A stretch of 64,000 bases of DNA from an uncultured delta proteobacterium (GTDB taxonomy: Bacteria; Desulfobacterota; Desulfuromonadia; Geobacterales; DSM-12255). The notes beneath the pieces were generated by a model. That model was not told the origin of the DNA. It saw only the letters and a program-made list of their open reading frames with translations, and searched no databases. Shown piece after piece: positions 41,078 to 49,691 of this stretch; the first letter of the stretch is position 1; the number at the start of each line of letters is the position of its first letter. A program made the position numbers and the translations under genes. The stretch is taken from the NCBI GenBank assembly GCA_963787125.1, contig CAWBBV010000023.1:64001-128000 (forward strand). The letters run 5' to 3'.

Positions 41078-41130
41078 ACGGTTCGGGAGAACACCGGCAG
41101 TTTTTGGCCGGTGCTTCTGCCTGGTTGGCC
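41078..41130 (-). other. Integron attC site of cassette 1 (last 5 nt displaced to 39133-39137 by the intron)
   Basis: R'' GGCCAAC just after the stop codon, inner stem AGAAGCACCGGC/GCCGGTGTTCT with one unpaired base, R' GT|TGGCC; 58 bp when rejoined. Confidence 0.8.
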
Positions 41131-41139
41131 CTTCGCTCT

Positions 41140-41520
41140 TTACTTTTGTCCAGTGTCAATGGCAGACCGTACTGATTTCTCGCAACCAAATTCAGGAGTT
41201 TTTCGTTTAAATTTTGCAACAACAAACTTGATGACAAGCACTAAGGTAACCCACCAAAGAGTTCCACTTACAAAGTATAAAGAAAATCGAATAGAATTCT
41301 GAAGACCAAATGTCTCAATTGAAAAACGATTGATTATCGACAGAATTGCATCCTCTATTACAAATGAGACAGGAATATTAATTATAAAAGCAAAAAACCA
41401 AGACCAGCACTCTGATCCACTTAATCCTTGCGAGTGACAATTGATGGCGCTGTACGCCTCGCTGAAACAAAGTATTGCCTGTATAAATACGACAAAGTAG
41501 ATGACTATTTTAGATTTCAT
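41140..41520 (-). CDS. Integron cassette 1: hypothetical membrane protein
   Basis: AT-rich ORF with three hydrophobic segments between putative attI and attC. Confidence 0.7.
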   Translation of the reverse strand: MKSKIVIYFVVFIQAILCFSEAYSAINCHSQGLSGSECWSWFFAFIINIPVSFVIEDAILSIINRFSIETFGLQNSIRFSLYFVSGTLWWVTLVLVIKFVVAKFKRKTPEFGCEKSVRSAIDTGQK

Positions 41521-41593
41521 AAAGATAAATACACATATTTACGTTCAGTCACAAAACCTCCTACAGTCCTTTTGAATCTTCTATTGATTTGTC

Positions 41594-41620
41594 GGCCAAC
41601 TCGTTAATCACCGGTTAGAA
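41594..41620 (-). other. Putative attI core (G|TTGGCC)
   Basis: TAACGAGTTGGCC on the minus strand; its GTTGGCC complements the cassette's GGCCAAC; lies between intI and the first cassette. Confidence 0.6.
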
Positions 41621-41624
41621 CCGG

Positions 41625-41795
41625 GTTTCTATATGTAGAAATAAGTTTATAGATGTAGAAACTTGTTTCTACATCTATAAACCATAAAAGTTTCTATATC
41701 TATAAACAATTCCCTTTTTTAGTTGTAATCAATGTTTCTATATCTATAAACATTACGGTTTTTTACCGCTATCCAAAGTTTCTATATGTATAAAC
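41625..41795. repeat. Six copies of an 18-bp quasi-palindrome, consensus GTTTCTATATCTATAAAC
   Basis: Copies start at 41625, 41645 (inverted), 41665, 41690, 41734, 41778. Confidence 0.9.
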
Positions 41796-42118
41796 TTTTC
41801 AAGTTTCGTACCGGCTATGCAGCCGTAAGGCACTATCCAGAGTTTCTTGTCTTTGTCCCACCGACCACCGACAGCTCTTACTTGCTCCTGAGCAGCCATC
41901 TCTCTGACACCGATTTTGAGTGATACCATTGTGCTATCTGGATATTTTGCTGGTGGCGGAGTCCAGTCACTTTCACTGACGATTATTTCGACAGTTTTGT
42001 ACTGCTTATGATTTACGGAATCATAGCGGTAGCGGACGCATACCAGGGCATCGCCATACTTCTTGACAATTTCCTTTGTTCCATTTTGCCCCGGTTTTAA
42101 TCGTGCCCGTGTTTTCAT
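41753..42118 (-). CDS. Integron-adjacent small basic protein of unknown function
   Basis: MKTRARLKPGQNGTK...YGDALVCVRYRYD...KTVEIIV and C-terminal GGRWDKDKKLW; divergent from intI (longest ORF starts at 42160). Confidence 0.8.
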   Translation of the reverse strand: MKTRARLKPGQNGTKEIVKKYGDALVCVRYRYDSVNHKQYKTVEIIVSESDWTPPPAKYPDSTMVSLKIGVREMAAQEQVRAVGGRWDKDKKLWIVPYGCIAGTKLEKFIHIETLDSGKKP

Positions 42119-42270
42119 TGATATTCCAATATGAAAATTATTTGTGGATTTAATTAGCATAGTTGCAGGGGATTACAAAGTGTATTATTAGTTTTGTACA
42201 GTTGATTGGCGCTAATTTGAACGCTAACAGCGATATTACATGAATGGTTGTTGAAAGGAGTGTTCACTTA

Positions 42271-43656
42271 ATGATCCCAGTACCTAATATCGTTATGAAT
42301 GATTATATCGCACTGCTAAAACGTCGAGAGATTGCGCCTGACCACTTTGAGTATTTTAAGAAATGGCTGCGCTATTTTTATGACTTTTCCGCAAAGTATC
42401 TGGATACGGCTGATAAGCCTGAGATGGTGAAACAATTTCTGGAGAAATTAAGGAGTAAAAATCAGAGTCCTTTCCAATGCCAGCAGGCTGCCCATGCGGT
42501 TTCGCTTTATTTTGAGATGCAAAATATGGCTTTGCAGCAGTTAACGGTTCCTGAAATAACACCAGAGGAGTCGTCCACGAATAAAGTGTTTTCGCCATCT
42601 GTACCGATATCACCTGCACAGTCCATATTCCTGCCAGCTAACAGTCATCGCCAGTCGCAATACTGTGTCGCTGGCTATGAAGAAAAATCCGACTCTCCGG
42701 AATGGGACGACCTTATCAGCAAGCTGGCCGATGAAATCAAGGTTCGCCACTACTCACGAAAAACTCTGAAGACCTATGCCCACTGGTCTCGCCAGTTTCA
42801 GCGGTTTTTGAAAAACAAGTCGCCGCAGGAGCTTTCTCCCGCAGATGTCAAGGCGTACCTCACCTATCTTGCCGTCAAATGCGAAGTTGCTGCGTCTACC
42901 CAGAATCAGGCGTTTAACTCGCTGCTATTTCTCTACCGCCATGCCTTGAAAATTGACTTCGGATTTCACAAGGATATTCCACGGGCAAAGAAATCCCTGT
43001 ATATTCCGCAGGTGCTTTCCATGGATCAGATCAATGCAATTTTGAAGGAACTATATTCACCGTATAGCCTTTTCGTGAAAATCCTGTTCGGCTGCGGTCT
43101 GAGGATGTTTGAATGTCAACGGATTACGGTGGGAGATTTTAACTTTGCTACTGGCAAGCTTTTGGTACATGGCAAAAACAAGAAAGACAGGACTGTTCCT
43201 ATTCCTGAGGCGATTTTGCCTGAGTTGCAGGCTCGGTATGAGTGGGTGTCAAGGCTCCATGATAAGGATCTTGCCGATGGGTATGACGGGGTGTTTATGG
43301 ATGTGGATATTGAGAAAAAGTATCCGAAAGCGCCGAAAGAGTTTGCTTTCCAGTGGTTCTTTCCCCAAAGGTCACTGACGACTGTTGAGGCTAACGGTCA
43401 GAGGCGTCGTTATCATCTTCATGAAACCCAGTTGCAAAGGGCGCTTTATGTTGCTGTCCGTAAGGCCAAAATCCCCAAGAAAGTAACTGCCCACACTTTC
43501 CGCCACTCCTTCGCCACCCACCTACTTCAGGCTGGTTATGACATACGGGTGATTCAAACGCTGCTGGGTCATTCCAGCCTGAAAACCACCATGATCTACA
43601 CCCACTGTGTGCCGGTGCGGACGATCAAGGAGCCGAAGAGTCCGCTGGATTTCTGA
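42271..43656 (+). CDS. intI: Integron integrase with N-terminal extension
   Basis: [27 protein letters not shown], IntI-type insert (KKYP...FQWFFP...RRRYHLHE), [22 protein letters not shown]. Confidence 0.93.
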   Translation: MIPVPNIVMNDYIALLKRREIAPDHFEYFKKWLRYFYDFSAKYLDTADKPEMVKQFLEKLRSKNQSPFQCQQAAHAVSLYFEMQNMALQQLTVPEITPEESSTNKVFSPSVPISPAQSIFLPANSHRQSQYCVAGYEEKSDSPEWDDLISKLADEIKVRHYSRKTLKTYAHWSRQFQRFLKNKSPQELSPADVKAYLTYLAVKCEVAASTQNQAFNSLLFLYRHALKIDFGFHKDIPRAKKSLYIPQVLSMDQINAILKELYSPYSLFVKILFGCGLRMFECQRITVGDFNFATGKLLVHGKNKKDRTVPIPEAILPELQARYEWVSRLHDKDLADGYDGVFMDVDIEKKYPKAPKEFAFQWFFPQRSLTTVEANGQRRRYHLHETQLQRALYVAVRKAKIPKKVTAHTFRHSFATHLLQAGYDIRVIQTLLGHSSLKTTMIYTHCVPVRTIKEPKSPLDF

Positions 43657-43720
43657 GAAACTGGTAGATGCTGGCAGACAACTTTATGAATGATGGTTTC
43701 TGGCTCTGAAGTTCACTAGC

Positions 43721-44620
43721 TTAAGTAGGCGTGCGGCGGGAGTGCGAAAGGTTCAACAGGTTTTTGGCAAGTTCACTCAGTTCATTAACATAGCGCTTTT
43801 CCAATTTTTTCAGCCATCGCTGCGGAATCTCCTCCAGGCCGTAATATGCCCCTGCCAGGCCGCCAATTATTGCGCCGGTGGTGTCGGCATCCCCCCCTTG
43901 ATTGACGGTTGAAACCACGCACTCCTCAAAAGAGCGACTGCGGAAAAAATGATGAAAGACGGTCTGGAGAGTATCGACGACATAGCCGGTCGCCAGGCCG
44001 GGGTAGGGGGTGAATCTGAAGGTGGGATACTCAGCGACAAGCCGGTCTGCTTCGCGGCGCAGGCTGCTCTTTTCGGCGCCGCGCAGTGCCAGTTGGATCA
44101 TCCGGCCGTAGGTAATGCAGGCGGCGTCGGAAAGGGGGTGGTTGTGGGTCAGGTGCCCCTGTTCAAGGGTGTACTGCTGCAACAGCTCTTCGCTGCCAAG
44201 GGTGTAGAGTGCTACCGGTGTTGTGCGCATCAGCGCGCCGTTGCCGGCATCCCACTGGTTGGGCGGTGATTCCAGTATACCCTTGAGCATGAAGTTGCGG
44301 ATGCCGCGGCGGCAGGTGTCGCCAACGTCTATCGGTTTTGATTTGAGCCAGGCGGCAAATTCGCCGGCAATTGTGCTAAGATCCCACTCTCCCGACTTGA
44401 TGATCCCCCGGGCGACACAGAGCGTCATCTCCGTGTCATCTGTCACTTGGCCCGCTTTAAGCCGCAACCAGCCGCCGCCGACCATTTCGCTCAGCCTGCC
44501 ATGCTTTGCCGCAATTTCACCGGGGGTCATGAACTCGACCGGGGCGCCAAGCGCGTCCCCGACTGCAACGCCGAGCAGCACGCTCCGGCTGCGGCTCAAG
44601 AGTTCATCTGGCCCCGTCAC
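43721..44620 (-). CDS. draG: ADP-ribosyl-dinitrogenase reductase glycohydrolase
   Basis: GDALGAPVEFMT, VGGGWLRL, TDDTEM, AGNGALMR, NQGGDADT. Confidence 0.93.
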   Translation of the reverse strand: MTGPDELLSRSRSVLLGVAVGDALGAPVEFMTPGEIAAKHGRLSEMVGGGWLRLKAGQVTDDTEMTLCVARGIIKSGEWDLSTIAGEFAAWLKSKPIDVGDTCRRGIRNFMLKGILESPPNQWDAGNGALMRTTPVALYTLGSEELLQQYTLEQGHLTHNHPLSDAACITYGRMIQLALRGAEKSSLRREADRLVAEYPTFRFTPYPGLATGYVVDTLQTVFHHFFRSRSFEECVVSTVNQGGDADTTGAIIGGLAGAYYGLEEIPQRWLKKLEKRYVNELSELAKNLLNLSHSRRTPT

Positions 44621-44913
44621 CTGCCCCCCAGCATCTCACCCGTACAGCCGACCAGAAAGTCAAAAACATCCTCACGACTCTCCAAAAAACGCGGCAGTTC
44701 TCGAATCATGATCTCTTCGGCAATCTGGAGAACCCGCTGCTCGTCAGTGCCAAGGGTATCCATAACAGTGCCGAGCATAGGGAGAACCTCGTAGAGGTCA
44801 TCACGGTTGAAGCGGTTTTTATCCGGCTTGCCGGTGAATTTGGCCAGATGCCGGGTGGTTGTCTCTTTCGGGTACCGGTAGTAAAGATCTGAAGCCTTGA
44901 TCGTAATACCCAT
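44617..44913 (-). CDS. Hypothetical protein overlapping the draG start
   Basis: 98-aa ORF with GAGG RBS and 4-nt overlap with draG. Confidence 0.7.
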   Translation of the reverse strand: MGITIKASDLYYRYPKETTTRHLAKFTGKPDKNRFNRDDLYEVLPMLGTVMDTLGTDEQRVLQIAEEIMIRELPRFLESREDVFDFLVGCTGEMLGGR

Positions 44914-44937
44914 AACATGGTCCCTCGCTTGTGGAGT

Positions 44938-45162
44938 TTATTTGCAGCCGCAGCCACCGGAGTTGCAGTAGCTGGCGCAGCCGTTTGCTGTCTTCATGTC
45001 GATGCCATGGGATTTGCAACAGGCGAGTGAATCTGCCTCAACAAGCCATTCTCCTGCAATCTCCTGACCTTTGAGCTCGCCGCTTTTAAGCAGCATCAGA
45101 ATTTTAGTCGGCGTTGTTGCCAGCGTTTCGGCAGATTCTTCTACGGTTACCATTGAAGCCAT
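44938..45162 (-). CDS. Small excisionase-like HTH protein with Cys-rich tail
   Basis: VTVEESAETL...KSGELKG...GEWLV, then CC...CASYCNSGGCGCK; AAGGAGG RBS. Confidence 0.7.
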   Translation of the reverse strand: MASMVTVEESAETLATTPTKILMLLKSGELKGQEIAGEWLVEADSLACCKSHGIDMKTANGCASYCNSGGCGCK

Positions 45163-45392
45163 GATGATTTCCTCCTTATCTTTGGATGTTTGCAAGTTAT
45201 GTTCACTTAGCGTGCCATGAAGGGAACGCCCGTTTAATGGCCTTTCATGGGTTGCCTGTCTTGAACCGGCCTGAAAATCTGCTTAATGAGTAACCATCCC
45301 TGCCACAGCTCTGACCACAAAGTGACTTGACATGGGAAACCATTCTCTGGAGTTGCTGATGTAACCTGCTTAAATGTTGATGTTTTCAGTTT

Positions 45393-45409
45393 TTGGCACA
45401 GTTAAGGCA
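45393..45409 (+). promoter_or_regulatory. sigma54 promoter of nifB
   Basis: TTGGCACAGTTAAGGCA = GG-N10-GC. Confidence 0.7.
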
Positions 45410-45448
45410 GAACAGATCATGACATGAAGGCTAAAAATGAGATTTATC

Positions 45449-45498
45449 GGGCAATGGAGCCCTGTAGAGTTTTGCTCTGCAGGGCTCTGTTTTTTTTT
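45449..45498 (+). promoter_or_regulatory. ANTAR-type hairpin plus leader terminator (nifB)
   Basis: GGGC-AATGGA-GCCC overlapping GAGCCCTGTAGAG...CTCTGCAGGGCTC followed by T-run. Confidence 0.75.
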
Positions 45499-45592
45499 AG
45501 TAAGTTTGAAGTGATTTTCTGCACATTTTCAGTCAGAAAATTACTTCTTTAACGCACTTATCCTGTTTGTCAGGATTAAGGGGGTAAACAAA

Positions 45593-46456
45593 ATGGGAAA
45601 TGCATGCAACGGCAGAAAAAACATTCAGGGACATCCATGTTTTGGCGGTAATCACCACAAAAACGGCAGAATGCATCTGGCGGTGGCGCCGAAGTGCAAC
45701 ATCAAGTGCGGCTACTGCAGCCGACGCCACGACTGCGCCAATGAATCCCGTCCCGGTGTGACGAGCAGGATATTGACTCCTTTTGAGGCTCTGGAGAAAG
45801 TTCGCGAGGTCATGGCAAGCCCGGTGCTGGGGCCGATCATCAAGGTTATCGGCATTGCCGGCCCTGGGGACCCTTTGGCAAATGAAGAGACGTTTGAAAC
45901 ATTCCGGCTTATCGGCGCAGAGTTTCCGCACCTGATCAAATGCATGAGCACCAACGGTCTGCTTTTGCCGGAGCGGATCGATGAACTGGAAGCGCTTGAT
46001 CTCCACAGCCTCACTGTGACGATCAATGCGCTGGATCCGGTTGTCGGGGCAAAAATATATAGCTTTATAAACTATCACGGCAAACGTTACAGCGGCGAAG
46101 AAGCTGCTGAAATCCTGATTGCCAATCAGCTTGCCGGCCTCAAAAAGGCCGCTGATTACGGCATGACCATCAAGGTCAACACTGTTCTTATTCCCGGTGT
46201 GAATGATGACCAGATTCCGCTGATTGCGGCAAAGGTCAAGTCTATCGGTGCTTTTGTCATGAACGTCATGCCGATCATTCCCCAGTCTGATTTTGCCGGA
46301 ATTACGCCGCCGACACCGGAGGCTATTCTTGCAGTGCAGGCGGCCAATGAAAAAATCATCGGCCAGTTCAAGCACTGTCGCCAGTGCCGGGCCGATGCGG
46401 TCGGCCTGATTGGTCAGGATATGCAGTTTGCCGCAGCAGCCTGCTCCGGCGCCTAA
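45593..46456 (+). CDS. nifB: FeMo-co biosynthesis radical SAM protein (stand-alone SAM domain)
   Basis: HPC, CNIKCGYC, ESRP, AGPG, TIN, CRQCRADA. Confidence 0.93.
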   Translation: MGNACNGRKNIQGHPCFGGNHHKNGRMHLAVAPKCNIKCGYCSRRHDCANESRPGVTSRILTPFEALEKVREVMASPVLGPIIKVIGIAGPGDPLANEETFETFRLIGAEFPHLIKCMSTNGLLLPERIDELEALDLHSLTVTINALDPVVGAKIYSFINYHGKRYSGEEAAEILIANQLAGLKKAADYGMTIKVNTVLIPGVNDDQIPLIAAKVKSIGAFVMNVMPIIPQSDFAGITPPTPEAILAVQAANEKIIGQFKHCRQCRADAVGLIGQDMQFAAAACSGA

Positions 46457-46459
46457 CGC

Positions 46460-47263
46460 ATGGAGATTGTTCCATTCAACTATACCCACTTTGATTGTTT
46501 TCTCAGCAGCGCAAAAGGGGAAGGGTGGATTACTGCTGCAAGGGAGTTGGATTTTCTCCTCAGAAATTATCCTGAAGGGTGTCTGGCTGTTCTTGACGCA
46601 GGTCAACCAACTGCGTTCATAACGGCGATAAGATATCTGAACTCTGCCTGGATCGGCAATCTGCTGGTGTTGCCGGCTTACCGGCAACGCGGCCTCGGCA
46701 GATCTTTAATGGAGAGAGTGCTGCGCCATCTGGAGCTCTCCGGGTGCGAAACTGTCTGGCTGACAGCTTCTGCTGCCGGCGCTCACCTGTATCGTTCTCT
46801 CGGTTTCCGGCAGATTGACAGCATCCGGCGCTGGCGGGGCTTGGGGGGCACGGCTTGTGGCCGCGCCAGGTTTACGTATCATCAGGTGGCGGCTCTTGAT
46901 TTCCTGGGGTGGGGTGACGACAGGCGGAGCATTTTCGCAGCTCTGGCGGAGAACTCCAGCCAGATTAGCTTGCCAGATGGGTTCCTGGCATGCTCTGTTT
47001 CGGGTGACGGGCAGCAGCTCGGTCCCTGGGGGGCGGTTTCCAAGGATGCTGCGGCGAAGCTTCTTGACGCAGCCATCGGCGGCGCTGATCCCATAGTTGA
47101 GCTGGTTCTGGATTCCCCGGAAAACAATCAGGCTGCCGCCGAGCTCCTTGCGACAAGGGGCTTTGCTATTGTTGGCAGCACTCTGCTGATGTATAAGGGG
47201 AAAAAGCCGGAGTACCGGGCGGAGTATATCTATGCACTGGCAAGTATGGGGAGTTACGGGTAA
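46460..47263 (+). CDS. GNAT acetyltransferase
   Basis: VLPAYRQRGLGRSL, LYRSLGF. Confidence 0.85.
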   Translation: MEIVPFNYTHFDCFLSSAKGEGWITAARELDFLLRNYPEGCLAVLDAGQPTAFITAIRYLNSAWIGNLLVLPAYRQRGLGRSLMERVLRHLELSGCETVWLTASAAGAHLYRSLGFRQIDSIRRWRGLGGTACGRARFTYHQVAALDFLGWGDDRRSIFAALAENSSQISLPDGFLACSVSGDGQQLGPWGAVSKDAAAKLLDAAIGGADPIVELVLDSPENNQAAAELLATRGFAIVGSTLLMYKGKKPEYRAEYIYALASMGSYG

Positions 47264-47309
47264 AAAACAGTTGCTTTTTGCCCGAAAGCTGTCTTATTAT
47301 CTAATTACG

Positions 47310-47327
47310 CTTTACGTAAGGGTAAAG
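47310..47327. promoter_or_regulatory. LiuR-like palindrome upstream of etfB
   Basis: CTTTACGTAAGGGTAAAG resembles TTTACGTWWACGTAAA. Confidence 0.45.
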
Positions 47328-47439
47328 ATATTTCAGCCATAGTAAAACTGCATTGATTAAAATTTAGGCATCAATGGGGTTGTCAATCACCTGGTTATCA
47401 ATTACTATTTATCAATAAATTCTGAACCGAGGTTTATTT

Positions 47440-48252
47440 ATGCAGATAGTCGCCTGTATCAAGCAGGTTCCGGATACAACCCAGGTCCAGATCGATCCGG
47501 TTACCAATACGCTGGTTCGTGAAGGGATCCCGTTCATTGTCAACCCCTATGACACCCATGCGTTGGAAGAGTCACTGCGGATGAAGGACAGCTCCGGGTT
47601 CAGTGTCACCGCTATCTCCATGGGACCCCCCAATGCCGAGGCGACTTTGCGCAAAGCACTGGCGCTGGGCGTAGACCGGGCGATTCTCCTCTCGGACAGA
47701 GTTTTTGGCGGCGCGGACACTCTTGCCACCAGCAATGTGCTTAGTGAAGCGATCCGTAAGCTGAACGAAACGGAAGAGGTGGGGATCATCTTTTGCGGCA
47801 AGCAGACCATTGACGGTGATACTGCCCAGGTCGGCCCCGGAATAGCCACCCGCCTCGGCTGCACCCAGCTGACCCTGGTGGATAAAATTCTGGAACTTGA
47901 CCTGAAGAAACGAAAAATAAAAGTCAGTCGTAAACTGGAAGGGCGGCACGAGATCGTCGAAGCGCCTCTGCCGGTGATGATAACCGTTGTCCGGGAGCTG
48001 AACCGCCCCCGCTATCCAACCGTGCCGAAGCGTCTCGCCTCTTTTGCCCGCGAAGTTGAACTCTGGAATAATCAGACACTAAAACTTGATGAACAGCAGA
48101 TCGGTCTGAAAGGCTCCCCCACCTGGGTCAGCAAGATTTTCTCACCGGAGCGTGACAAGGGTGAAATGATCGGTGACGGCGTCAATGACCCGATCGGTAC
48201 TGCCCAGCTACTGATAGACAAGCTGCTTGGCAAGGATCTGTTGTCGGTTTAG
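47440..48252 (+). CDS. etfB: Electron transfer flavoprotein beta subunit
   Basis: CIKQVPD, NPYD, SMGP, GADTLAT, GKQTIDGDTAQVGP. Confidence 0.96.
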   Translation: MQIVACIKQVPDTTQVQIDPVTNTLVREGIPFIVNPYDTHALEESLRMKDSSGFSVTAISMGPPNAEATLRKALALGVDRAILLSDRVFGGADTLATSNVLSEAIRKLNETEEVGIIFCGKQTIDGDTAQVGPGIATRLGCTQLTLVDKILELDLKKRKIKVSRKLEGRHEIVEAPLPVMITVVRELNRPRYPTVPKRLASFAREVELWNNQTLKLDEQQIGLKGSPTWVSKIFSPERDKGEMIGDGVNDPIGTAQLLIDKLLGKDLLSV

Positions 48253-48257
48253 AGGCG

Positions 48258-48314
48258 GGTAAAGGTAAAGGTAAAGGTAAAGGGTTTTCTTAATCTTTAC
48301 CTCTACCTTTACCT
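48258..48314. repeat. Hexamer-built palindrome (GGTAAA)4...(TTTACC/TCTACC)3
   Basis: Directly visible; related to 4526-4587. Confidence 0.7.
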
Positions 48315-48368
48315 GTTTTTCCCTGTTTCCCCCATGGAGTACAGCAAACGAAAACCTGAGGATAACCC

Positions 48369-49691
48369 ATGACTGAAGTAAAAAAACCGCTCAAAAAACC
48401 TCGCGGCAGAGCCCAGCTGATCGAAAACAAATGCATTGCCTGCGGCGCCAGATGTGAAAGTGTCTGCCCGGTAAACTGTGTTTCCATGAACGATGCCGGT
48501 GAACCGATCATTGAGCAGCAAAAATGTATCGGCTGCCTCAAGTGCGTCAAGATCTGTCCTGCACAGGCGCTGGAGATGGTCTTTACAGCGGAAGAGCAAA
48601 AGATTCTTGCCGAGCTTGGCGGAGAGGTCGATGCCCCTGAGGAGCCGGATGCGGAAGCCGCAGAGCTGATAAAAAAGCTGGCTGCCTACAAAGGTGTCTG
48701 GGTTTTCGTCGAACAGACCGAAGGTGAGGCTGCCAAAGTCTCCTGGGAGCTGCTCGGCAAAGGGCGCGAGCTTGCCGATACTCTCAAAGTCCCGCTCTCT
48801 GCTGTTGTTATCGGTGACGGAGTTGAACATCTCTGCTCAGAAGCATTTGCCTATGGAGCTGATCAGGTCTATCTGATTGATGCTCCGGTATTTCGGCACT
48901 ACCGGACAGAGAGCTATTTTAAGGCCATCTGCCAGCTGGTAGCAAAATACAAACCTGAAGTCATCCTTATGGGAGCAACAGGTCTTGGCCGTGATCTGGC
49001 CGGCGCGGTGGCAACAGAGGTGAAGACCGGGCTGACAGCCGATTGCACCGGCCTCTCGATTGATGACAAGCGTAATCTGATGCAGACCCGGCCTGCTTTT
49101 GGCGGCAACATTATGGCGACGATCATGTGTGACAAATTCCGTCCGCAGATGGCAACGGTCAGGCCTCATGTCATGCCGATGTCTGAGCGGGAGCCGGGCC
49201 GCACCGGTGTTATTATCCGGGAGAGCTGCCCGATCAGTGAAGATGATATTCTTGTCAAAGTTCTGGAGATCATCAGCGACAAAAAGCAGGACCATGTGGA
49301 TGTGGCTGGTGCCGAGTTCATTGTCTCCGGCGGCCGGGGGATGATGGGTAAAGAGAATTTCGCCATGCTCAAAGAACTCGCTGATGAGCTTGGTGGAGTA
49401 GTCGGCGCTTCAAGAAGTGCTGTAGACGCAGGCTGGATGCCGCAAGACCGGCAGGTCGGCCAGACCGGCAAGACGGTTCGGCCCAAAATCTATGTAGCCT
49501 GTGGCATCTCCGGCGCAATCCAGCACCTTGTCGGTATGCAGGACTCGGACGTCGTCATCGCAATCAATCGGGATAAAGACGCCCCTATCTTCCAGGTAGC
49601 CACTTACGGCATCGTCGGCGACCTCTTCCAGATCATTCCGGCCATCACCAACCGCCTGCGAGAAGTCAAAGCTGCCAGGGGGCAAAAATGA
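48369..49691 (+). CDS. etfA: ETF alpha subunit with N-terminal 2x[4Fe-4S] ferredoxin domain
   Basis: [46 protein letters not shown]. Confidence 0.95.
   Translation: MTEVKKPLKKPRGRAQLIENKCIACGARCESVCPVNCVSMNDAGEPIIEQQKCIGCLKCVKICPAQALEMVFTAEEQKILAELGGEVDAPEEPDAEAAELIKKLAAYKGVWVFVEQTEGEAAKVSWELLGKGRELADTLKVPLSAVVIGDGVEHLCSEAFAYGADQVYLIDAPVFRHYRTESYFKAICQLVAKYKPEVILMGATGLGRDLAGAVATEVKTGLTADCTGLSIDDKRNLMQTRPAFGGNIMATIMCDKFRPQMATVRPHVMPMSEREPGRTGVIIRESCPISEDDILVKVLEIISDKKQDHVDVAGAEFIVSGGRGMMGKENFAMLKELADELGGVVGASRSAVDAGWMPQDRQVGQTGKTVRPKIYVACGISGAIQHLVGMQDSDVVIAINRDKDAPIFQVATYGIVGDLFQIIPAITNRLREVKAARGQK

Noticed and set aside
41625..41795. CRISPR array
   Set aside because: Units are only 18 bp, spacers are irregular (2-26 bp), one copy is inverted, and there are no cas genes in the window
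42160..42270. LexA box controlling intI
   Set aside because: No convincing CTGT-N8-ACAG or Geobacter-type GGTT...ACC match seen
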